A stretch of DNA of 58,348 nt, counting the filler, from Trypethelium eluteriae (lineage: Eukaryota), in assembly GCA_051942245.1 (NCBI GenBank). It is 4 parts of 4 records of this genome, joined end to end, with 100 filler letters (N's around TTAATTAATTAA, not from the genome) between each part and the next. Parts side by side here need not be neighbours in the genome. Positions count along the whole stretch, not along the records: positions 1 to 14,526 come from JAVECL010000685.1; 3 more parts are not named here. One strand, written 5' to 3'. Under the pieces are notes generated by a model that saw nothing but the letters and a program-made list of their open reading frames with translations, had not been told where the DNA came from and made no database searches. Numbering within the stretch: position 1 is the first letter of the stretch; every line of letters begins with the position of its first letter. The translations under genes were made by a program, and so were the position numbers. This document shows, in pieces, positions 1 through 12,075 of the stretch.

Positions 1-55
1 CCCCTCCCCTCTACCAACAACACTCCCACTAACGACCCATTTCTCCCCCTACCAG

Positions 56-423
56 CCTCCGGCCGCGCCTCCGCCTCCGACGCCTCCTACTACGTGATCA
101 ACAACTCCACCATCGCAGGCACGACCTCCAGCGTCGCCGCAGGCTCGCACTACCTGGGCCGGCCGTGGGGCGACTACGCGCGCGTCGCCGTGCAGCACAC
201 GTCGATGACGAACGTCATCAACAGCGCGGGCTGGAGCCAGTGGCAGAGCAGCGACCCCAGAACCGACCATGTCAGCTTCGGCGAGTACGAGAACAGCGGC
301 GCGGGGAGCGAGGGCACGCGCGCGAGCTTCGCGACGAAGTTGAGTGCGCCTGTGGCGATTGCCAGCGTCTTGGGGAGTGGGTGGGAGAGCGCGTCGTATG
401 TTGATGCGTCGTATGTGTCGTGA
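56..423 (+). CDS. Pectinesterase (CE8), last exon; the 5' part lies outside the window
   Basis: Branch point CTAAC (29-33) and acceptor CAG (53-55), then ASGRASASDASYYVINNSTIAG...YLGRPWGDYARV...FGEYENSGAGS. YLGRPW and EY.NSGAG are conserved pectin methylesterase motifs. Confidence 0.9.
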
Positions 424-1503
424 GTGAGGGGAGGAAAAGAGGTGGAGGGGGTTTTCTTTTTTGGATTGATAGTGAGTGGTGGGAGGTGATAGTGGTGATG
501 GAAAGGTTGGAACTGGACTCGTGGATTCTTGTAAATAGGCATTCCGAACCACGTAAATATCTGGCAGAGCTTGTACATATTTAAAAATGAGAGCATGTCC
601 TACGTCGAGGAAGAAAACACTTGTGCTGGTTCACTGTGCGTACTGTTGAAATAAAAACCTGTCCTGGGTTAGTCATCAATCAAAGGCGATCATCACTCAA
701 AATTGAGGTCGAGACTGGTCCACTTGATAGATTACTAGAGACCACTAGTTTGAACTTCTAAAATACAGTAAAGCCGGTTTGGCAATTCTTTTAGGCCTTT
801 CCAAGACCAATAGCCTGATATCTGCACTCAGGCATACGATCTATCGAAAGCTCATGTAACCATGTTCCCGTTGAATAGAAGAGGGTATATCGTAGGTTTC
901 CCACCGCAACTCCCGGTCACCCCTGCCAGTCGCCTGCCTCAATGTTCTCGAGTCCGTAGTCGCTTGACCATGCAATCCAATATCAGGATAAAGATCGGTT
1001 GTCATCACATTATGAGTGAACGTAGCATCTGTGTCTGCAATTCAATTTTGCAACCGGCTGGCCTTCGGAGGCGCTTCGGATGGAAAGCCACTGGGACTTT
1101 GGTCAGACCCGGAAACATCGACTTCTCTGACCTGTAGGAGAATTCTACAGGCCAAAGCAGTGAAGTTCCATAAACTGGGTGGATTCAAGTGATAATGAAA
1201 AGGGGGAAAATCCAGTGATTCAGCTCTTGACTTACAGCTTCGCCTGTCAACAGTATCTCGCGACTGTTGGTGTATTCTTTCGGGAATAGCGTGGGGTCTT
1301 TAGCTAGGACTCGTCACGACAGAAAGGAAAAGCGCTGCAGACTTGAAAAGAATTGCAAGCAAGAGTTGATGACAGAAGAGCACGTCTCTTGCCACAGTAG
1401 ATTGAAAGGAAGGAGCAGCGACCGGAACGGTTGAGTTGAAAAGTGAGACTAGCAATGGAAACTAGTAGTTATTCGCAGAAGAATAGTACCGAAAATCTGG
1501 ATA

Positions 1504-4500
1504 TCAAGACCTGGAGTATGGAAATGCGGACTGAAGATTATGAGTCCTAAATTGCTGCGTGGATTCATAGGGCGCATCTTGAACAGAGAAAAGACGCTGT
1601 TGATCACCAATGGCTGAGGATTGCCTGACCACTTCCCTTTCATTTGCAAATTGCAAGTTTGGGTAGCGTGGTTGCATTCTCTCAAAATGCCCTCGAATGG
1701 CCGACCGCTCTATCCGTGCAAAGTCACTAGTTCTTTGGCTACCAGTATCCGGTTGGAGACGAGGATCTCGGGCCCGCAAAGGAATTTTCTCTGAATACTG
1801 TCCGGCTTCATAACGCATGTCATCACGAAATTGCATATGAGGGATACCAGGGTCAGCAAGTCCAAGCGCACTACCTCTAAGAAATCGCTCCTGGTGATGG
1901 ATTTGGTCAGAGTTAGTCCGACGAACGCCTTGTCGATCGTCACTCAACTCATGCCCAAAATCGCGGTTTGCTACGCGCTCAGCTGGTTGGTAGGGCACGT
2001 AGGTCCGTGGTTCTTGTGGGGACGACAGCGCTGGTAGCACAAGGTTACCAGCTGGAAGGGTGGTGTGAGAATAGACTGGATCGAAATCTGCGGATGCACG
2101 GGACTGGCGAGTATGGGGAGAAACTTGAGAAAGGACTGAAGACTGGTGAGGAGACCTGGACTCACTTGCTGCGTTAGTCACACGGCGAAGGACGCGCTCC
2201 ATACCATCGCTACGGCGTTGATCGTGAACAGTAGTAGCCGGTACTTGGATTTCCTGAAGCTCGCGGAGTGGTATGTGGTGAACGGGCATCGGGTTGCTAC
2301 TTTTGCCCAAACCTGATGGGCGGCGATAGTCCACTTCCTGTATTCTCGGTCCTTTGGGGCTTGTTAGATCAACATAGTTTGATGTCTCATGTATCAAAGT
2401 CATAGCGTTGGAATGGGATCCGCTTTGCTGGCCGGAATTCACGTCCGCTGATAGTCTTGCGCGCTTGCGTGCCCTCTGTTCATCAGTCGTCACATCAGGT
2501 TCCCTTAATGTGTCGGGCCTAGTGACCGAAAGTATCCGCTCCGTCGCCACAGAAAGAGGTGGTTTTGTGGTGCGAGTCCCTGCGGCATAATTGACCTCAC
2601 CGTAGCGCTGAATTTGTACAGTAGAGCCAATATCGTCCTCAACAGATGGAAGAGGGACATCATGTTCTGAAGTAGAGTTGTTAGGAAGTGCTTTTTGCAA
2701 CTGCTGTTTCGAGGGGGAACCAAGAATAGGCCTTCTGAATTCTGTCGCAGGTTTAAGGCGTCGTTCCCTTAGATTCCCATGTCCTGGTTCGCTCTGGTCT
2801 CCCAGAGGGAACCAATGTTGACCAGATGCGTCTGTAAACGGACGAGGATCCGGTCCACGGGAAATGATCATTCGATTATCTCGTTCGGGGATATGCACTA
2901 GCCTTGTTGGAGCACCCTGATAATAAAGTAAACCACCATCCTGTCGGTCCGCCTTTTTACCTTGCTGAAGGAAATATGAAGACATACCTCTGTTCTGCTT
3001 TGTCCGGCTAAATGGACGTTGAGACCTGCGCGTCGGGGATAGGAATCTTGTAGACTGGTATGCATTAGCACCTCAGCAAGACCAGAGCTTATTAGTGAGA
3101 CATACTCTTTGACAAAAATCCCCTCCGGTTGAGACGATATACGCGAATGATCTATACGTTTTGGAGTTAGCGGTAGGTGCGTAGACGCGGTCGACTCGTT
3201 CATTATTGCTCGGCGCTGTCTTCCCCGATCCTGCGCAGCTTGATACCTAGCCAAGAAGGTCTGTCGAAGAAATTGTTGACGACTGGCCGAGGGACGAGTC
3301 TCTCTTTGAATACGCAGGGGAATGCGCGCATAAGGAGCGGATTCATAGCACATTGGCTGCCTGCTGTTCTCATAACGATGATAAGGGTTAGGATGATGGT
3401 CCTCACCAAGCCGTCCCATCTGATTTGCATCATCGTCTGCAAGCTCATGTGCCTCTTTGGGACTGGATATTATCTGTACGCTTCCATCGTCGCTGCTTTC
3501 TTCATCCGTTCCAGATGACTCTTCATCAGACTCGTCATCGTCATCATCGATAACGATAATCTCTCGAAAGATGTCTTCCAGCTCGTGAGCATCGGAATCA
3601 TCTTCCCCGCGCCATTTGACAAGTTGATCGACACAAGCTTGCTCAACATGGCGACGCGCATCTTGCCAGGTCGCCTTCCGTAGTTGTTCATCGTAGTCTG
3701 TATATACATGTCGAATATGAGCGGCGACAGCGAGTTGGACACGTCGTTCGAGTGTTAAAGCTGCAGCGGTACCGACCCGACCAGACCCCTATGTTTTTCT
3801 CAGTAATTACGTTCGTATCGAAGTCCGAGGAACATACCTCTTGAAAAGCACGTTCGGCGATTGACACGAGGTCGTTCTCTGGAATCTTTGGAAATAGGTC
3901 TCTGATCGCTGTTTTGATTTGCTGTGTCTCTTCCAGATTGTGAGACGATTCCCGAGCCAGTAGGGTTGCAAGCCTTGATGAGGAGTTGAGGTCTTGATTC
4001 TTCCAGAACAGTACACCATTTTGACGATAGCCTAAATAGCTACTAGCTATCTCGAGTACCTCGTTTTGGAAATGATGTCCCAGCCGGTGGATATGATGAG
4101 ATACCTGTTCAGGCCGTCTTTGCTGAGGCGCAGCCTTTTAGTTTTGTTAGCGGCGAAATGTATTATTAAGGACCAGATACGTACGGAAACGACGTAAACT
4201 TTCGCACCCTTTTTACGAGAGAACTCTTTGCAGGTCTCGGTAAGGTCAGGATACTTGCCGGCAGGCACGAAAGTATAGCCATTAGGTGATCGGACGTGGT
4301 GGGAGATCTGTAACCAAATTTTAGCCATTGAAGACCAGTAGGTAGATGGAGGAATGACGAACGGCTGACCGAAGCTTCTTCTTCGTCTGAGTAACATTTT
4401 CATACAGAACTTTATATGAACTCTTCTTCTTCTTGGCAGTCCTGGCATTCACAGAGAGCGCACTACGGTGCCTTGCACCGCGCTCATCTGCCCGAGTCAT
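1504..4500 (-). CDS. DUF2293-domain protein, multi-exon, with long low-complexity C-terminus
   Basis: ATG at 4500 (MTRADERG...). Exons give GYTFVPAGKYPDLTETCKEFSRKKG, AIRDLFPKIPEND and SGRVGTAAALTLERRVQLAVAAHIRHVYTDYDEQLRKATWQDAR...WRGED, the fungal DUF2293 signature. Joining to the 1504-2985 ORF is inferred from GTATGT/CTAAT/AG signals. Confidence 0.75.
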
Positions 4501-4830
4501 AACCTTGATAAGTTAGACCTATTCTTTCACTGTTCTGTCTTCAAGGGCTACAGTAAGTCACTCGTTAGTAGCTGCGTACTCCATTGTTAGCACCTACAGG
4601 AGAGAGCAAGAGGCGCTCTTCATGAAGAGAGACTACAGTCAGCCCCACAACGTGAGGTCGTTGCAGGAAGTAGGAAGGAAGTGCGACGGAGGATGTCCGA
4701 GCGATGAGGTGATGAACAACCCCCGGAACTTGTTCGGCCGGAATATGCCGAAATTGTCCCGTGCTCTTGGACGCGTCGAGTTGTTCGAGGCACGAACTTT
4801 GCAGGTGGTGAAAACGACGCAGCAACGTCC

Positions 4831-5268
4831 ATGACTACCAAAGAAATCACTTTCGCTTATCGTCGTCTTTATCAGCATGGCTTGCGAGCAGTACAATATG
4901 CAAAACCTCAGCGCTTCACCCTACGCAATCGTCTGAGACAAGCCTTTCGCAAAACGAGTCGGGAAGAATTCGATCAAGCCAGAATAGACAAGACACTCGA
5001 ATTTCTCAATGGCGCAGCCCGAGAAAAAGGCCTCGAGCATAAGATCCTGAAGAATCTCCTCCATGTGTGGTGGAATCAAGAGCAGCCAGCATTTCCCCCT
5101 CCTAGCAACAAGTAGTACGTACACAGGACCTAACTCAATATAATTCCTATTACTCACATCCTACTCAGTATGTGGGACGAATTGAAGCTCAGACGAACAT
5201 CCTACGACCATTTCAATGATACTTTGCGATTGATGAATGGCAGCATGGGCACCTGTTTCCCGGCTTGA
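4831..5268 (+). CDS. Small basic DUF1763/Irc19-like protein (LYR-like, probably mitochondrial), 2 exons
   Basis: AYRRLYQHGLRAVQYAKPQRFTLRNRLRQAFR...AAREKGLEHKILKNLLHVWW. After an intron the second exon reads ...TSYDHFNDTLRLMNGSMGTCFPA* (TGA 5266-5268), matching my recollection of fungal DUF1763 proteins. Confidence 0.7.
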
Positions 5269-5387
5269 TAAAGCCAAAGCATAGGACAATCTGAAAATTT
5301 GGTATGGCTATAGGGGGATGACCGCAGGAAGAATGGGATTTGAAAGCAGAAGCCCGTGTCCGAACGCGGCCGGCGATTGATAAGCAC

Positions 5388-6425
5388 CTACATGAAGTCA
5401 TCCTCAAAATTCGCATCCCGTTCTTGATTGCTCGAAGATGCTACGGCTTCCTCGGAATGCAAGTCGTCGTAGGCATGGTCCCGCTGGTAGGCCTTTTCCT
5501 TGCGCTCCTTCGCTATCCGCGCTTCTTCTTTTTGCTATTGCGCCATCAATCAGCTCGATGCTATAATTAAGAAGACAGTGCCCTGGATAAAAAGGAAGTA
5601 CAAAAAAAGAAAGAGAAGAAGAAGCAGAAGAGGACTTACCCGTGCCTGCTGCGCTGTACGATCCTTTCGTCGCAGCTCCTTCTCACGGTCGTCCTTTTCC
5701 TGCCGAAGATCTGGGAATTTCTCGACTTTGGTCTTGTTCAGACGATTGACGATTGGGTTCTCTCGGTGCGGGACATGGACTTTCTTCACCTGATCATCAA
5801 GGCAAACTGGTTAGGGGAGCACCATGTAGACTGGGGAGAAGTTTGAACCTTTTTAGGGTCGTGGAAGCTGACCTGGCCCACAGCCATACTGCCGTCCTTT
5901 CTCAGGTTGGACCAAGGGGTATAGATGACGGTGATATTGTCTTTCTTGTTCCCTGCATAGAGGATGAATGAAAAGCTCCTAAAACAATTACATGAGAATG
6001 GGAGATAGCTGGCATACCATCGATCGAATTGGCTTTTGTTAGTTGTGCACAGTCCTGAACCAGCTCCTTTGGGATTGAATCCCAAGTCTCTTCGTCTCTC
6101 ATTCGGAGGTAGACATGTGCACTCGACAGATTATCAACATGAAACTAAAATTGTTGATTGGCAAAATGGATTCAGTCACCATGCGCTACTTATAGAACGT
6201 ACCCTTTCATCTAGCATTAGATTTGTAATTTCACAAATGGGAAAGGTCAAGTCAACGCGCACCAGACATCCTCTTCTAGACCGTATTTGATGAGCTCTTC
6301 ATCTGTGCTGTCTTTAGCATCAACCTGTCAGGGAAGGCCTTTTGACTCTTACTTTCTACTTTGTCTTTGCCAACATACAGGAAAGCTGAAGGTGATACAA
6401 CACTGCTAGTGAAATAATAAACCAT
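5388..6425 (-). CDS. JLP2: CCDC25/Jlp2-like protein (NFACT-R/DUF814 domain), multi-exon
   Basis: [22 protein letters not shown] / EELIKYG / [15 protein letters not shown] / [11 protein letters not shown] / [30 protein letters not shown] / [13 protein letters not shown] / ...FEDDFM*. These are hallmark CCDC25 motifs, separated by GT-AG introns. Confidence 0.92.
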
Positions 6426-6954
6426 GGCTGTGATTTATCGAGTTTCAGTCCGGCCGAGTAGGAAAGCGACGACAGGATTGATGCCAAGAGGTCCGAGCCA
6501 ATAGTGGGATAGCCTTATGGAGAAATGGTAGAGCGAGACACAACATTGGCTGATTGGGTCATATCTCTAGGGGCGCGGGCGCTCTGTGCAAGTGGGTTCA
6601 GTCTGAAGATCTATGGACTTTCCCACCTTTGGACGTCTCAGTCCCTGGACGAGACAGCCACGTCGTCAGGTATCGCGCAATGTTGTTCACGAGTGGCAAA
6701 TTCGGAGACGTGTACTGCGATTCGTAAATCCAAGCAGAATACACATATTCATTGATTTGATATTGTAATATGCTTAGGAGAAGAAGAAGCACTATTTGGC
6801 CACCCTAGGTTACCCCTGAACCCCGCTAGCCGGATGCATTGAGAAAGCAGCCAGGGAAAAGAATCGAAAGAACCAGGACTCGGAAAGATTCTCCCTACCG
6901 TCTCCAACAAGTGTGAACATTCGTTTCCATCCAGCATCACTCATTGCGCAATTC

Positions 6955-8151
6955 TCATCCTCCGTTGCCCGTCCCATTCGTATCCATTGGACTACCATTG
7001 GCACCCGTGCCATTGACTGCATATGGTTCTCTTCTCCGCCTCATGGGCGCCTTCTTCCGTCTTTCAACCGGCAATGTTTGACTCTGCTCTTGATCTGGCA
7101 TGATTTGGTCTGCCTCCGCATCTCCATCCTCCACAGCATCCACATCCTCTTCATCCTCCTCTTCACCCTCGTCAAGGACCGTCTGATCCTCGGCACCATT
7201 CTCCTCGAAGAATCTCCGTGCTTCATCAAGCTCGTGCACATCCGCCGGTCGACTTCGGAGCCACTTCATTCGCGGACCGGACTTCGCACGTTCCGAGACT
7301 CGAAATCCGTATATTCTTGGCTCGTAAATCTTTCCTCGGCCCAGCCCCGGAGCAAGGCTTGTCGTACTAACTCCGTTTACGACAGCTGGCATTGGAGTTG
7401 AACGCGACTGGCCGTTCTGACCACTTTGGGCGTTTCTGCTCTCATTCATGCCGATATTTGGTATTTGGAGGCCCTGCTGTTGCGCGAGGGCGGCGACAGC
7501 TTCACTGTTACGGTTTCCAATGTCGAGTTCTGGGAAGCTCATGAAGAAGAGACATCCAAATGTGGTCCCAAAGAACGCACCGTCAACCGTCTGAAACCGG
7601 CTATTTGGAGGGGTGTAGATGTCTAAACAGCTCGGGCAGAATAGCTTGACCGTCTCTTGTCCGGGTGTATCGCTGCATCCGACCGGTAGCACTTTGCAGC
7701 CGTTGCAGAAGACGCGTGGACACGTTCCAAAATGTTGGAGATCGTACTTCTCGGCCATTTGCTGTATACCGGGTCGTGAGGTAATGTATCTTTGGTGAAT
7801 AAGGCCGTAGAGTAGTTCCGCAGACGCCTCTATGACATTGAGCTTGCCCAACCCCATGTGTCGTCGTTCGCCTGCTCTTCTGTACCCTAATGCCGACTCG
7901 GCTCCGAAAGGTTCATTCTCATCTTCGTCTTCGTCTTCCTCGTCTTCCTCATAATCGTCGTCCTCTTCAGGCTCGACGTCCAGTATCATCTCCAGAGCCT
8001 CCTTGTACATTGGCACTTGAGATTGTAAACCGGTGAGGTTAAAGTCATCCTCAATGAAATCCTCTGAAACTTCCGCAAAGTATTCATGACCTAGGATGTT
8101 ACAAAAAGCTGATATCCAAGAGTCGGCGACTTCTTGCGAGGAGGAGGACAT
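6955..8151 (-). CDS. CKB1: Casein kinase II regulatory (beta) subunit, intronless
   Basis: SWISAFC...GHEYFAEVSEDFIEDDFNLTGL, acidic loop, LYGLIHQRYI, zinc ribbon CPRVFC...CPSC, DGAFFGTTF, YEPRIYGF. First ATG at 8151. Confidence 0.96.
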   Translation of the reverse strand: MSSSSQEVADSWISAFCNILGHEYFAEVSEDFIEDDFNLTGLQSQVPMYKEALEMILDVEPEEDDDYEEDEEDEDEDENEPFGAESALGYRRAGERRHMGLGKLNVIEASAELLYGLIHQRYITSRPGIQQMAEKYDLQHFGTCPRVFCNGCKVLPVGCSDTPGQETVKLFCPSCLDIYTPPNSRFQTVDGAFFGTTFGCLFFMSFPELDIGNRNSEAVAALAQQQGLQIPNIGMNESRNAQSGQNGQSRSTPMPAVVNGVSTTSLAPGLGRGKIYEPRIYGFRVSERAKSGPRMKWLRSRPADVHELDEARRFFEENGAEDQTVLDEGEEEDEEDVDAVEDGDAEADQIMPDQEQSQTLPVERRKKAPMRRRREPYAVNGTGANGSPMDTNGTGNGG

Positions 8152-8963
8152 ATTGGCGACGGACTCGAGCAAGCAGATGTGCTTTGCTGGACAGATGGAT
8201 GCCTTGGACCAACACCAAGCCCTTCCAAGCAGCCACAGCTAGGCTCAACTTTGTCCGGTATTGGGGAGCTCAGAGTAATTCCGCTCGACGGCGGTTCCGG
8301 CGAGGTCGAAGTTGAGCGAGCAAAGCAAAGCTAGGTATATCAAGGAGATGTCTTATCGAACGAGGGAGTATTCCAGCCTGGGGCGGTTCGTGGGAAGCGT
8401 GCTCGGATTCGTTGGAAATGTTTCATGTAACACGGCTAGTCAAGACCGCAAGATGAGAGGCATACGCGATAGTCTGCATTCGCGTCGTTATGAAAAATTC
8501 ATGTCTGCCCGTTGTATGAGGGGCAGCTTCTGTACGGTGCGTGCGCCAGGTGAGCAAACGAGTGAGGCGTAGTGACGGTCGTCAGTTGTTGTTCTCGAAG
8601 CTAGCGATTGCGACACGGGGATCATGGGGAGCACTCAACGATCGTGCAAGGCATGGCACGCATTTCGTGTGATTGTTGCAGATTCGGTGGTCGAAGCCCG
8701 GCTTAGGTTCTGCCACTCCAGACGGGAACCGGGTACCTTCAGCGCTCGCTGCCCCTCGAGGCTGGCCTTCCCATCACGTGCAGTGGCGTGTTGAAACGTC
8801 GAGATCCGTGTTTCACTCTGGACATTGGTAACAATTTCTACTTAGGCTACATGAGCTTCTCGATATCCAGGGTCTGGAGGCTTGCAGCTTAAGAAACGAA
8901 GCAGTAGTACTCTGCTTCATTTCACGCATAGAACTGGTTCTAGCCCTTAGGGGGCGATTCACA

Positions 8964-11360
8964 TTAAAAAAGGTCCTTCATAATGCGTGATAGTTCATCG
9001 TCGCCCCCAAACCCTGCACTTCCATTATCTCCGTTCTGGGTTACGGAATATCCATTCATACTGGATGAGCCACCATTCGAACTTAACAAGCTTGAGAAGC
9101 CCCCAGCAGCTTCGAAGAGATTTGTTAGATCGTTAGCCATGCCATTGGGGCTATTGACCATGTGGTTCCCTGCATGGTTGCCATAGAGGGTCATCTCATC
9201 GATCTGATGTCCAGCTAATCCTGCCATGGCTACGGCTGCACTGCTGTGGGCGTCTGCGTTGTCGACAGCTGATTGACGCAACACAAGTCCCAGTTTGGGT
9301 CCGACTTGCTTAAGCTCTCTGATCGTCCTCCACAGCCGCTTTGAGACCCACGAAGTTGCTGAAAATCCTCGAACGAGATCTAGGGCCATGTAGAATTCGT
9401 CCCGACAGTGGCTACTGAACTGGGCAGGTGCGTGGGAAACGGCCAGAAAGATAACAGCGAGCGCAGAAATGAGGAAATAGTTGAAAAGTACTTGCTGTGT
9501 GCGATATATATCCGAGGTCTGGTTGACATGAGTGAGCACGCGCACTGTGTCTTTGGCAACATCCACGACTGTCTGGGCATGACTACGGTTTTCCATGATA
9601 CTAGTGGCTGAATGAAGCACTGGTCGGTAGATTAGTATGCGCATTTGGTTGGCACGAAGATATAGGACGATGCGGAGACGTTGCACGCTTCGCGTAATAT
9701 TCTCGGGTTCTTTGCCAGTTCCTGGGTGTATGTACTTCAGTGATTCTGGAATCGATCGGTGCCATTGTATTATCTGATAGTCAAGATAACCAATTTCTTC
9801 TTGATTCACATCTTGGCGATTATTGTCAACGTTTGCAACTGATCTCCAAACTTTGGAGCCGATGTTGCTATAAGCAATCATGGCCATGAGATAGGGAGAA
9901 GAATCGCCCTTGAACGCGTCAGCTGTATCTGGATCAATGCGTATGAGAAGTAGTGGACCTTACTGGCTTATCCAATGCTGGATCTATGTCACCGTCCTGA
10001 AGAACGAACGGCATGCCGGTGCCGAAAGCCCAGCGACGATCGAGCACGTAAATGGCCCAGAATAGCCTCACAATTGACGCTCGCTCATTCGGGTCCGTGA
10101 ACAATACATCGTATGTTTCATGTCGGTGCAAGCCGAGCTCCATGCAGAGCCGTGTGCTGAAGCCAATAAGGCGCCAGGCTAAAGTCTCACTATCACACTG
10201 AAAATGATACATTGCCTAGAAGCGGTCAGCAAAACTGCGTTTAGCTAATTGTAAAAAAGGTGCATACACAAAGCGTAAGTACTCTGAGACTCATCAAGTC
10301 GGCCGGCCCGAAGAGCATAGCTTCTACCGAGTCGCGTACAGACTCATATAATCTTTGGCCTAGAACACTCTGGCCGCTACCTTCACATGTCAACGCAAGA
10401 GCAAGGGTCATTTTTAGCATATTGGTCTTATCGTCGCTGATGGCATCGGCTCCTTGCATGGATGTTTGGATGACCCCGGCACGAGTGGCAGCGTCCATAA
10501 AGGTGTATAGGAGATTGGCATGACGTATTATCAAACTGATGTTCATGACGGGGTACATAACACCCATCTCTTCTTCATAGACATGACACAGCCGAACTGC
10601 TTCCTCTTTACTGATAGAATAGATGGGATCTTTATCCGGATGCAGTGGCTTAGGCCGATGACCCGGGCTTGCCATTGGAGTTCCGTCTTGTGTGAGAGCG
10701 CCATCGTCAACCCCATCTTCGGGCCCTGTTATTCCCATTGTCTGCAAGCTTGACTTCGCAACTCCAAGACTAAAAGCTGAGCTTGTAGGTCCCTGGAATC
10801 GCGGGTGTTTAGAAGCAGACTTAGCACGCGAATGTGAGGCAGAAGTTGAATGCAAGGAGTCCTGATGACTGTGCGAATAAAGAAGTCCACTGGTAGAGGG
10901 CGTATCGGAACTCATAGTGCTTCGTAGTTCGCTGAGGTTGGAGAAGAGGATTTCTACCTGTCCCTGGAGTGATGCAATGTGCGCGTTCATTTGCTTGAAT
11001 TCCCTGAAAAAAAACTTAGAAAGCGTTTGCACATTCTGGCCTGTGATCTTACTCGCTATCTTTGAAGTTATTTCCGCAACAATTGGGTGTATACAAACAT
11101 TCCAAGGAAAGATTGCCGCATCGCTGGCAAGGCGTCTGCCCATTACATTTAATCTTACGTCTTTTGCATTCATTGCTGAGCCAGTGTCAGTGTTTGTCGG
11201 TGGAGAGAAGGCGCACTAGCTTGACAGACCAAGCAATTGAAATGTATCTGTTCCTCTTTGCCCGCTGTTGCGGTGGATTCGGAGTCGATGAATTGTCTTC
11301 GCCCTTTCGTTTCAATGTATTTGGGGACTCAGCAGGGCTCGTATCAGGATTGTCGTCCAT
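8964..11360 (-). CDS. Zn(II)2Cys6 transcription factor with fungal-specific TF (middle homology) domain, multi-exon
   Basis: MDDNPDT...KRNRYISIA / CNECKRRKIKCNGQTPCQRCGNLSLEC zinc cluster. RLCMELGLHR...RLFWAIYVLDRRWAFGTGMPF is the Fungal_trans motif. Confidence 0.92.
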
Positions 11361-12075
11361 GGCGAAAGTGTTCGGCTATGCGCAGTGTGTTCACAAGACG
11401 CGCCAAACGAATGCTCGGGTACGGAGGAGAGGCGGTGGATTGTCTCAGAATAGTCCAAGCTTGGCCCCGCAGCCCGGATCGTCTCTCCGCATTTCGGAGA
11501 TCAAGGGTGGCACGACAGGGTGACAGGGTACCTTAGGGATACCTTATCTTCGGACGGAGTACAATTGTCCAAAAGAGGAAATTTTCAGTTTTGATTTAGT
11601 GAATATAGTCCAATTCTCAGTACATGTATCTGACACGGAGTTGCATTACGGTTTATATAAGTAATCGGAAATCGGATGCCAGCCGCGCCGCAGCTGCCAG
11701 CGAACTCTTCTCTATACAGTAATATTAACAAGAGTTATGTTACTTGGGTGAAGGATTTACTTGTTCTACTGATGAGGGATAGTATGGCCGTGAGATTGCT
11801 GGAGGGTAGCTCGGTTCTTGGAATTCGGCCTGTCGGTGAACTGAGGACCATAAACACCACCAAGACATTTGGCTGGTGGGGTTCCCCCCGAGTCACGCTG
11901 AGTCAAGCCGTCTATACCGCTTTCGTCATATGCGACCCTAAAATCTCTGGCGGTGGGCGATCTGAAGCATTCTGCCTCTCTTTTTTGCCAAACCGACCTT
12001 TTGCTCTCTCACTCCGCCGACCAACCACCGCTGGAGCCATCAATGCTCGTTCTAATACTCATCTATCTGTAGAAT